Assembly: GCA_038245115.1 (NCBI GenBank)
Contig: JBBRSS010000006.1
Location: forward strand, 1-57,436
Length of the DNA stretch: 57,436 nucleotides
From: Candidatus Saccharimonadia bacterium
GTDB taxonomy: Bacteria > Patescibacteriota > Saccharimonadia > UBA4664
Direction of reading: 5' to 3'
Below the pieces are notes generated by a model. It did not search any database, was not told the origin of the DNA, and worked only from the letters and a program-made list of their open reading frames with translations. Numbering within the stretch: the stretch's first letter is position 1; each line of letters starts with the position of its first letter. A program made the translations under genes and the position numbers. Positions 18,406 through 25,621 of the stretch are shown here, one piece after another.

Positions 18406-19063
18406 TTTAGGGTTTGCAGTAGCTACCCTGCCACCACCACCGCCCCCGCCTCCGCCTCCGCCCCCGCCTCCGCCTCCGCCTCCGCCACCTGCCTGTACTA
18501 ATGGCCGAAGCGATATCGTATTGGTATTGGATGCATCGAGTAGTATGAATTTACCTTGGGATACGACAACTCGGGCGAATAAGCTCAGGAGCGTGGCGGC
18601 ACAGTTCGTGGATCAGGTTACGATTTCGGTGCTTGGTAATCACGGAGCCGCGCTCCAGTTTGAGCAGGTAGTTACGCTGTTGTCGCCGATGACTTCAAAT
18701 CAGGCTGCGCTCAAGGCAGCAATTGGAAGTTATACAACTGGGTTTAACACTCAGATCACTAAGGCTTTACAGGCGGCAAACGGGCTATTCGGGGGGCGTC
18801 CGCTAGCGCCGAAGGTTGTAGTGCTGGTATCTGATGGTGAGCCTAGCGCGGGCGATACGGTTGCGGCGGTGAAGAACCAGGCAAGCATTATGGCTGCGGC
18901 GGGCGTGAGAATATATACGGTTATGATCGGGGACCCAACACCCAACGCCTTAGATGTAATGAGCAACATACCGGCCAATGGCGGCACGTATGCCAACGCG
19001 CTAAGTGAGGCTCAGCTAGATGCGATGATGGCAAATATTGCGGCCATTGAGGCTTGTGACTAG
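18341..19063 (+). CDS. PolyPro-linker + von Willebrand factor A (vWA) domain protein, probably the 3' part of the split modular pilin
   Basis: 20 consecutive Pro codons, then DIVLVLDASSSMN (MIDAS DxSxS) and VVVLVSDGEPS. No signal peptide or TM of its own. It is in the +1 frame relative to ORF 17893-18405 and overlaps it by 65 nt. Confidence 0.75.
   Translation: MGSITVAGGAQSTGHIKTRFTNLGFAVATLPPPPPPPPPPPPPPPPPPPPACTNGRSDIVLVLDASSSMNLPWDTTTRANKLRSVAAQFVDQVTISVLGNHGAALQFEQVVTLLSPMTSNQAALKAAIGSYTTGFNTQITKALQAANGLFGGRPLAPKVVVLVSDGEPSAGDTVAAVKNQASIMAAAGVRIYTVMIGDPTPNALDVMSNIPANGGTYANALSEAQLDAMMANIAAIEACD
18361..18368 (+). repeat. G8 homopolymer at the junction of two overlapping reading frames
   Basis: The sequence ggc gggggggg cg was read directly. 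G7 or G10 would fuse ORF 17893 to ORF 18341. Confidence 0.9.
18431..18490 (+). repeat. Imperfect (CCN)20 repeat encoding 20 prolines
   Basis: cca cca cca ccg ccc ccg cct ccg cct ccg ccc ccg cct ccg cct ccg cct ccg cca cct. Confidence 0.95.
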
Positions 19064-20007
19064 TCGGGCTGGCGGGAAGATGGTTGGGACCTGTGGCTAT
19101 GGAATTTTTCGTGGACAGCTTTGAGCTGCGGGTCGGTGATGTGGGTGTAAATTTGCGTGGTGGAAATGTTGGCGTGGCCGAGTAGGCCTTGGACGCTGCG
19201 GATGTCGGCGCCATTGATGAGCAGATCGGTGGCAAAGCTGTGGCGTAGGGTGTGGGGGGTGACGTCTTTGGTGATTCCGGCCGCTATGGCATAACGTTTC
19301 ACCAGCCGCTGGACGCTGCGAACCGTGAGGCGGGTGTACATGCCGCCCTCGGCGCTATCTTGGGAGCCTGAGTAATGGATAAAGAGGGGCTTACCATCGT
19401 CGTGGCGGCTTTTGAGGTACAGATCGATCCAGTCGGCGGCGGTGGGGGAGATGAAGATGGGGCGGTCTTTTTGGCCCTTGCCGCGGACCATGAATTCGCG
19501 CCGGTCGAGGTTGATGTGGGTGGTATCGAGGTTGACCAGCTCGGACACGCGCAGGCCGCCGGAGAACAGTAGCTCGATGATGGCGCGGTCGCGCAGGCCG
19601 ATGGGGTTGGTGGTGTCGATGGCATCGAGAAGGCGCTCGACTTCTTCGGTTTCTAGGAAGGTTACTTGCGGGCGGACGGTTTTGGCGAGTTCGATTTTGG
19701 CGCTGTCGAGGGCGGCGATGTCGCGCTTGGCCAGGTACTTGAGGAAACTTCTTAGAGCTATGAGGTGGTAATTTTGGGTGGTTTTGGTGAGTTCGTTGCC
19801 GGAAACGTCTTTGATACGGTTGAGGTGTAGGCGCCATTGGCGGACCATTTCGGCGTTGAGCTTGGCGATGTCGCAGTCGTCGGTAAATTCGACCAGCCGC
19901 TGGAGGTAGTGGTCGTAGTTGCTGATGGTCTTGGGCGAGCGGTTCTGTTCGATCTCCAGGTGCTCCAGGAAGTCGGTGACGAGCTCGGATAGGTGTAGTT
20001 CGGCCAT
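19060..20007 (-). CDS. Tyrosine site-specific recombinase (XerC/XerD-like)
   Basis: 315 aa. N-terminal SAM-like core-binding region (FLEHLEIEQNRSPKTISNY). C-terminal HTLRHSFATDLL...GLLGHANISTTQIYTH (R-H-R-Y family motifs). Confidence 0.9.
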   Translation of the reverse strand: MAELHLSELVTDFLEHLEIEQNRSPKTISNYDHYLQRLVEFTDDCDIAKLNAEMVRQWRLHLNRIKDVSGNELTKTTQNYHLIALRSFLKYLAKRDIAALDSAKIELAKTVRPQVTFLETEEVERLLDAIDTTNPIGLRDRAIIELLFSGGLRVSELVNLDTTHINLDRREFMVRGKGQKDRPIFISPTAADWIDLYLKSRHDDGKPLFIHYSGSQDSAEGGMYTRLTVRSVQRLVKRYAIAAGITKDVTPHTLRHSFATDLLINGADIRSVQGLLGHANISTTQIYTHITDPQLKAVHEKFHSHRSQPSSRQPD

Positions 20008-20027
20008 ATGGTGTGTTTGGTTACCCC

Positions 20028-20456
20028 TTATGCTTCTATGCTACCACGTCGCACAATCTGGGAGGGTAATTTTGTGGTGGTGCGCAGGAGTAGGCGCTGA
20101 ATGTCGGTGGGGGTTTTGTCGTTGAGAAAGCCTTTGCTTTTACCGATTTCGACGGCGTGTTGTTGGCGCAATAATTCTTCTTGTAAGCAGATCGAGCCGT
20201 GGGCTGAAATGGTGTAGTGGAGGCGTTCTTTGCCCGATTTACCTGCTGGGTGGCGGCCCGAGAGCTCAATGAGGGCTTCGTCGTGGAGGTGATCGATTAA
20301 TGCGTAGAGCCGGCTGTTGGTAAGGCTAATGCTGCCGAGTGAGCAGTTATATACGGCGCCCTTGATGGCGTAACCATGTAGCTCGTTGCCGGATAGCGCG
20401 AGTAGTACGTAGAATGCTTGAACTGAAATTGGTGGCGGCGGTGAATCTGGGTACAT
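20028..20456 (-). CDS. PadR-family winged-helix transcriptional regulator
   Basis: FYVLLALSGNELHGYAIKGAV...LTNSRLYALIDHLHDEALIE matches the PadR wHTH pattern. 142 aa. Confidence 0.7.
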   Translation of the reverse strand: MYPDSPPPPISVQAFYVLLALSGNELHGYAIKGAVYNCSLGSISLTNSRLYALIDHLHDEALIELSGRHPAGKSGKERLHYTISAHGSICLQEELLRQQHAVEIGKSKGFLNDKTPTDIQRLLLRTTTKLPSQIVRRGSIEA

Positions 20457-20489
20457 ACGGGCGCATCCGGGTAATGTAGTGATCGGATT

Positions 20490-20533
20490 TTAGTCTCTTT
20501 TGAAGACTAATTTTAAAAAGACTAATTTCGGGG
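20490..20533. promoter_or_regulatory. 43-bp conserved module, copy 1: palindrome TTAGTCT-N7-AGACTAA plus a third AGACTAA half-site
   Basis: ttagtctcttttgaagactaattttaaaaagactaatttcgggg, 34 bp upstream of the PadR start. Near-identical copy at 41682-41725. Confidence 0.6.
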
Positions 20534-20551
20534 AAGAGTTAAGCCGTGGGC

Positions 20552-20878
20552 TTACTCTTGGAGCGCTTGGAAAATCCAAACTAGACCGATCAGGATTAAC
20601 CCGACCATCATGTAAAGAATCCATTTTTTCTTCAAGATTATTGGAATGGACAGCATACAAATGGTCCCAATAACGATGAAGGGAAGACCGGATAACATGA
20701 TCAATACAAATATGTTTGTTCCGTCGACTGAGCCCATACCCACGCTGAAGGAGTTGAATATATATGCCAATATACCGATTACGATAAGGAATATCCCCAA
20801 AAGTCCTAAAGTTATGGAGAGTCGTAGCCGAGACCCTGCCTGTTTAGTTAGCTTATGGTCCGAGGGGGTAAATATCAT
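20552..20878 (-). CDS. Small polytopic membrane protein
   Basis: 108 aa with 3 strongly hydrophobic segments. AT-richer codon usage. Hairpin aagagttaagcc/ggcttactctt lies just downstream (20533-20563). Confidence 0.6.
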   Translation of the reverse strand: MIFTPSDHKLTKQAGSRLRLSITLGLLGIFLIVIGILAYIFNSFSVGMGSVDGTNIFVLIMLSGLPFIVIGTICMLSIPIILKKKWILYMMVGLILIGLVWIFQALQE

Positions 20879-20935
20879 TTGGTATCCTTATGGTTATTTA
20901 AGCATGCTTTTCGCCTTAAGTTAAGCGAATATTGC

Positions 20936-22180
20936 TCATGCATTCAACGCGGGTAGGTGTCGCCAGTGCTTGATCGTCCAATTGGCTGCAATGCTTGTCC
21001 AGCCTTTATTTACATAGAGTAGATGTGCGCACTTTTCGCCTTTCAGTTTGCACCTAGCTGCATTTATAGTCGAGTAGTTGCAAATTGGATCATTATTTGT
21101 GCAGTAACTTTTAACGTTGGGAACCCAAATGTTCTCGATGACTCGCATGTCGGGGACAACGAGTTGATATATACCTGAGAGGTTCTTATCGTAATTGCCC
21201 TCATCAACAGCAGGTTGGTTGGGATTGAACCGAGGATCGCCGATGAGTATCAACGCAGCAATGTGCCCTTTCTCTGTGGTGGTTAGGTAGGCGAATTCAT
21301 CGCCAGCTACTTGGGCACCTTGGCTGTAACCAGCCAAGATTACGTAGGTGTGAGGGCAGTCGACGATGAATTTGGTGAGAAAGGCATCGAGAGAGTCGCG
21401 GCCTTTGGCCATGCTTTTTTCGTACTCACTCAGGTAGTTAATGCCGTCATAGCCAACTGCGATTGCCGGGTAGTCAATTGGGGTGCTTTTGGTGCCGGAG
21501 ACCTTTTTCTCGATGATGTCTTTGATATTCCCCACGGTGTTGCCGTAGCCTCCCGCATCGTTCTTGGTTTCACCGGAGCCTCGCACCCCCACAAATTGGA
21601 GTTTGGGGCAGTTGATGGGCTTTGGCGGAGGCGTTGGGCTGGGAGAGGGCGTGGGCACGGGGGTAGGGATCGGAGTGGGAGTAGGAGTTGGTGTTGGGTC
21701 TGGTGGCGTGGCGTACCAGGAGGGGTCATTGATGAGTAGGGGCTTCGACCAGTCAGAGGGGATACCGCTCTGAAGATCTGCCCGGACCATTAGGTAAAGG
21801 GTGACGTTTGGGTCTTGCTCGCTGATGTCGATGAGAATATGCAAAGGGCTGGCAATGGGTGTGATCGTCGGATCATACGAGATTACATTCACGTTCATTG
21901 TGTCGTCCGGGGTTGGGGCAGTACTGGAGAGGGCGTAGCCATACTCGAACGAGTTCGCGAAGTAGCCACTTTCCCAGCCCGGGGGCGTGGTGGCGGTGAT
22001 GGCTCGCTGGGTAATGACGGGCGGTTGGGCGGCATCAAGGCTGAGCACGGGTCCGGGAGCGATCATGTACATGGCGTTGGCCGAGGGTAGGTCGCTTACG
22101 AGGGTGGTGAGCAAGATTAGGATGGAGGGGATAATTAATAGTTTCTTGGAACTGCGGCGGCGGAAGATGCGGGTAAGCAT
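20936..22180 (-). CDS. Secreted cutinase-like serine esterase with an N-terminal extra domain and a Pro/Thr linker
   Basis: Signal peptide, linker PDPTPTPTPTPIPTPVPTPSPSPTPPPKP, then a cutinase-type nucleophile elbow LAGYSQGAQV with Cys pairs. Confidence 0.7.
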   Translation of the reverse strand: MLTRIFRRRSSKKLLIIPSILILLTTLVSDLPSANAMYMIAPGPVLSLDAAQPPVITQRAITATTPPGWESGYFANSFEYGYALSSTAPTPDDTMNVNVISYDPTITPIASPLHILIDISEQDPNVTLYLMVRADLQSGIPSDWSKPLLINDPSWYATPPDPTPTPTPTPIPTPVPTPSPSPTPPPKPINCPKLQFVGVRGSGETKNDAGGYGNTVGNIKDIIEKKVSGTKSTPIDYPAIAVGYDGINYLSEYEKSMAKGRDSLDAFLTKFIVDCPHTYVILAGYSQGAQVAGDEFAYLTTTEKGHIAALILIGDPRFNPNQPAVDEGNYDKNLSGIYQLVVPDMRVIENIWVPNVKSYCTNNDPICNYSTINAARCKLKGEKCAHLLYVNKGWTSIAANWTIKHWRHLPALNA

Positions 22181-22253
22181 AGCTTTAATGGCTTTGTGTC
22201 CTTAAAAAGTGGTTATTGCACGAATTTAGAGAATATACTGAGAAAAAGCTGAG

Positions 22254-24206
22254 ATGTCAAATTCTGATACAATGATCGATATGGATGAGGTACACCAAAC
22301 AGGTTTGATGAGGCCAATAATCACTAAGGCTTTGGTGGTGTGCCTGGCCATTGCAGTGGCGCCGTGGCTGAGTGGGGGGCAGGAGCCGCTAAGTATGCTC
22401 ATTAGTGGGTTTGCGCTATTGCTGGGGTCGCTGTTGGTATGGCGTCAGCCGGAGTCTAAGGTGCTGGCGCGCGGGCCGTTGGTAGTGTGTTTTGGCTTGC
22501 TGATAGGTTTTGCGCTGCTGTCGCTGTTGTGGACGGCAAATAGGTATTCGAGCGCTATTTGGATAGTAGAGTGGGTAATGGCGGGGTTGGCATTTCGCCT
22601 GGCTTACGCGGTAAGTGGAACTGCGTTGGGGCGAAAGTGGGTAGTTTGGGCATATTTGATATCGGCGGGGTTATTTAGCTTATTTGCGATTTGGATTTAT
22701 CTCACAAGTGAGTATGGCAGGCTCACCGGCACGTTTTATTGGGCCAATCCGGCCGCGGCTTATTTGATCCCGGCGATTGTGATTGCAGTCGACATGATGC
22801 GCCGATCAACCGGACGCATGCAGTGGGCGTGTTTGGGCCTGGCATCGTTCTTTATGACATCGTTTTGGATGACTGATTCACGGGCAGCAACCGCTGTATT
22901 GTTCGTTATTTTGGGATTGTATTTGCTTATAGCAAAGCTTTCTAGGCGTTTTTGGATACTTTTTGTGTTCAGCGGTGTTCTTGCGTTTGGGCTTAGCTTT
23001 GGACTGGTGCGTTTGAGCACTGTAACGGTGCAACATAGTGTAAAAGTGGCACCGGGTTCACGGTTTAGTGAGGCGGCGAAGGGTGAGTCTAAGAGTGGGA
23101 GCGACAGGCTGTATTATCTGGGCAGCGCCTTTGAGATGTGGTTTGCGAACCCGGTCGGTGGCGTGGGCGCGGGGGCGTATGGTGATGTGCACCCTCAGTA
23201 TCAGAAGCGTGTGGTGAGTGCATCAACCAGTGCGCATAATGTGTATGTCCAGGTGTTGGCAGAATTGGGGTTAGTGGGAGCCGTGCTGTTGGCATCAATA
23301 CTGCTGATAATTTTATTGGGATCGTTGCGAGGGCTGGTGGCGAATCCCGAACTGGTGCCGGCGGCATTGGGCACGCTGGGCCTCTTGATGCACTTTGGGC
23401 TCGATATTGATGCGCGATATCCAGCACTATTGGGCTTGGTGGGTATGTTTATAGGTCTAATTTATGCTCAAAGACCTCGAAAGTGGGTAGCGTTGGGCTG
23501 GAAATGGCCGGCGCTGGCGGCAGTGGTGTTGGTGCCAATTGTGAGTTTGTATTTTAGTGAAACTTGGGCGACTCGGGGAGGCACTGCCCAGACAGATGGA
23601 GATTATGAGATGGCGGCTGAGGACTACGGGCGGGCGCATACAGGGTTGGTGTATAACCCGGATACCGTGGGTGCGGAGGGGATCAATTTATACGTACTGG
23701 GGAGTCTGGGGGGCTCTGATGCAGCCGCGAATCTAACATTGGCCTTAGACCGGGCTCGTATGGCGCAGCTGCAGGACCGGGCCGATGGGCAGCATTGGCA
23801 GCTGGAAGGTCGCATCTTGGCCTACAAAAAGGACTATAAGGGGGCAGAGGCAGCATTTCGCCGGGCGCTGGTGCTGGATCGGTTTAATCACCCCGACTAT
23901 GCCCTGGATTTGGCCGGAGCGCTGGTGAATGAGCACAAATCGGCCGAAGCTTTGGGGGAGGTGGGCTCGATGTTGGCGCAATATCCGCCATCGGTGGCGA
24001 ATAACCGAGCGGCGGATGAAACGTTGGCACCGACGCTGGCGAATTTGGAGACTTTAGCCGGTAATGTTTATCTGAGCGAAGGCAGAGTGGCAGAGGCGGG
24101 CGCGGCGGCTGAGCGGGCGCTGAAATTGGATGCGAAGAGTCTGAGGGGGCGGGCGTTGAAGCATCAGGTGGAGCTGATCATTGCCCCGGCACAAACATCG
24201 CAGTAG
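22254..24206 (+). CDS. O-antigen ligase/polymerase-like (Wzy_C) membrane protein fused to C-terminal TPR repeats
   Basis: 650 aa, ~10 TM. DSRAATAVLF...SAHNVYVQVLAELGLVGAVLL is typical of the WaaL/Wzy_C family. C-terminal Ala-rich TPR-like repeats. Confidence 0.7.
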   Translation: MSNSDTMIDMDEVHQTGLMRPIITKALVVCLAIAVAPWLSGGQEPLSMLISGFALLLGSLLVWRQPESKVLARGPLVVCFGLLIGFALLSLLWTANRYSSAIWIVEWVMAGLAFRLAYAVSGTALGRKWVVWAYLISAGLFSLFAIWIYLTSEYGRLTGTFYWANPAAAYLIPAIVIAVDMMRRSTGRMQWACLGLASFFMTSFWMTDSRAATAVLFVILGLYLLIAKLSRRFWILFVFSGVLAFGLSFGLVRLSTVTVQHSVKVAPGSRFSEAAKGESKSGSDRLYYLGSAFEMWFANPVGGVGAGAYGDVHPQYQKRVVSASTSAHNVYVQVLAELGLVGAVLLASILLIILLGSLRGLVANPELVPAALGTLGLLMHFGLDIDARYPALLGLVGMFIGLIYAQRPRKWVALGWKWPALAAVVLVPIVSLYFSETWATRGGTAQTDGDYEMAAEDYGRAHTGLVYNPDTVGAEGINLYVLGSLGGSDAAANLTLALDRARMAQLQDRADGQHWQLEGRILAYKKDYKGAEAAFRRALVLDRFNHPDYALDLAGALVNEHKSAEALGEVGSMLAQYPPSVANNRAADETLAPTLANLETLAGNVYLSEGRVAEAGAAAERALKLDAKSLRGRALKHQVELIIAPAQTSQ

Positions 24207-24230
24207 CCGAAGCGTGAGCGTACAGCTATA

Positions 24231-25025
24231 ATGCTGGTTATGCAGTTGATTGATTCGATTATTTTGGGCATTGTCCAAGGACTAACAGAATTTATTCCAG
24301 TATCATCGTCGGGCCATTTGATTTTGGTGGGACATTATTTGAATTTCCAATATTCCGGTTTGGCGTTTGATACGGCACTGGATGTGGGCACGCTGATTGC
24401 GCTATATGCATTCTTTGCGCGTGATTTCTGGGAGATCGGGCGGGATTTTATACTCGGCGGTCCGAAGCGAAAGCTGGGTTTGTATTTGGTTTTGGCTACT
24501 ATTCCGGGCGTTATTGCGGGAATTTTGGTGCAACATTACGCCGAAACAATTTTCCGGGACGGTCGGCTGGTGGCGATAAATCTGATTTGGGTGGGTATTG
24601 TGATGTATCTGGTGGACAGATACGCTGCGAACAAGTTCAATCTTAGTAATATTACGATGCCTCGTGTACTGACCGTGGGAGTGGCTCAGGCATTGGCTTT
24701 GGTGCCGGGGGTATCGCGCTCGGGAATCACGATTACAACCAGCCGGGCGCTGGGCTTTGACCGCGTGAGCGCCACCAGGCTGTCATTCTTGCTGTCGGCG
24801 CCGATTATTACCGGGGCTACGCTCAAGGTATTGGTTGACCCCACTAATATGCAGCAGATGAACACGGCGCCGTGGCTGTATGTGGCCGGAATTGTGTCGG
24901 CGGCCGTGAGCGGTTTCTTGGCGATCAAATTCTTGCTGAAATATTTGTCGAAGCACGGCTTGGCGGTATTTGCTGCTTACCGGGTCGTGGTGGGCACATT
25001 GCTCTTAATGGTGGGGATTAGATGA
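24231..25025 (+). CDS. uppP: Undecaprenyl-diphosphate phosphatase
   Basis: GIVQGLTEFIPVSSSGHL and PGVSRSGITI motifs of BacA/UppP. 264 aa. Confidence 0.9.
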   Translation: MLVMQLIDSIILGIVQGLTEFIPVSSSGHLILVGHYLNFQYSGLAFDTALDVGTLIALYAFFARDFWEIGRDFILGGPKRKLGLYLVLATIPGVIAGILVQHYAETIFRDGRLVAINLIWVGIVMYLVDRYAANKFNLSNITMPRVLTVGVAQALALVPGVSRSGITITTSRALGFDRVSATRLSFLLSAPIITGATLKVLVDPTNMQQMNTAPWLYVAGIVSAAVSGFLAIKFLLKYLSKHGLAVFAAYRVVVGTLLLMVGIR

Positions 25026-25621
25026 TGAATTATACTCAGATAGCTAGCGATCTACTATCGCAATTGGGGTACGCCGGAATGGCGGTCGGACTAGTATTGG
25101 ATAGTTTTGGAATACCGATTCCGTCAGAAGTATTATTGGCGATTGGTGGGGCGCTGGCGGCTACCGGTCGGTTTGATGTGTGGGTGGTGTTTATTCTTGG
25201 AACTACGGCGCAGTTGGTGGGCGGACTGATCGGTTATACGATAGGAAAATATGGCGGGCACCCGATACTGGAGCGTTACGGGAGATACGTGTTTATTACT
25301 AAGAAAGATCTTGATCGCACGCATGCGGCGTTTGAGAAATATGGTGCTTTGATGACTATGCTCGGCAGGTGTCTGCCGGTGGTACGGGGGCTGATAGCCT
25401 ATCCGGCTGGGATCGCGGGGATGAACCTCGGCAAGTTTGTGTTGTACACCACTATCGGCTCGGCGGTGTGGTCGGCACTGTTTGTGTGGATCGGTTATAC
25501 GGTAGGCGATAATCTGGGGAGTATAGCTGGGTACATGCATAACTTATCCTTGCTAGTGGTCGTTGCGGCTGTTGCGGCAGCGATCTGGTATTATGTGCAT
25601 CGTAGGAGAAGCAGCAATTGA
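25022..25621 (+). CDS. DedA-family membrane protein
   Basis: 199 aa. DSFGIPIPSEVLL and GRCLPVVRGLIAYPAGI are typical of DedA/SNARE-associated proteins. ATGA overlap with uppP. Confidence 0.8.
   Translation: MMNYTQIASDLLSQLGYAGMAVGLVLDSFGIPIPSEVLLAIGGALAATGRFDVWVVFILGTTAQLVGGLIGYTIGKYGGHPILERYGRYVFITKKDLDRTHAAFEKYGALMTMLGRCLPVVRGLIAYPAGIAGMNLGKFVLYTTIGSAVWSALFVWIGYTVGDNLGSIAGYMHNLSLLVVVAAVAAAIWYYVHRRRSSN

Noticed and set aside
21600-21700. GC-rich short-period repeats (also 38880-38990 and 18431-18490) as a possible CRISPR or other non-coding array
   Set aside because: These are Pro/Thr/Ser linker-coding regions inside ORFs. They have no repeat-spacer architecture, and no cas genes are present in the window.
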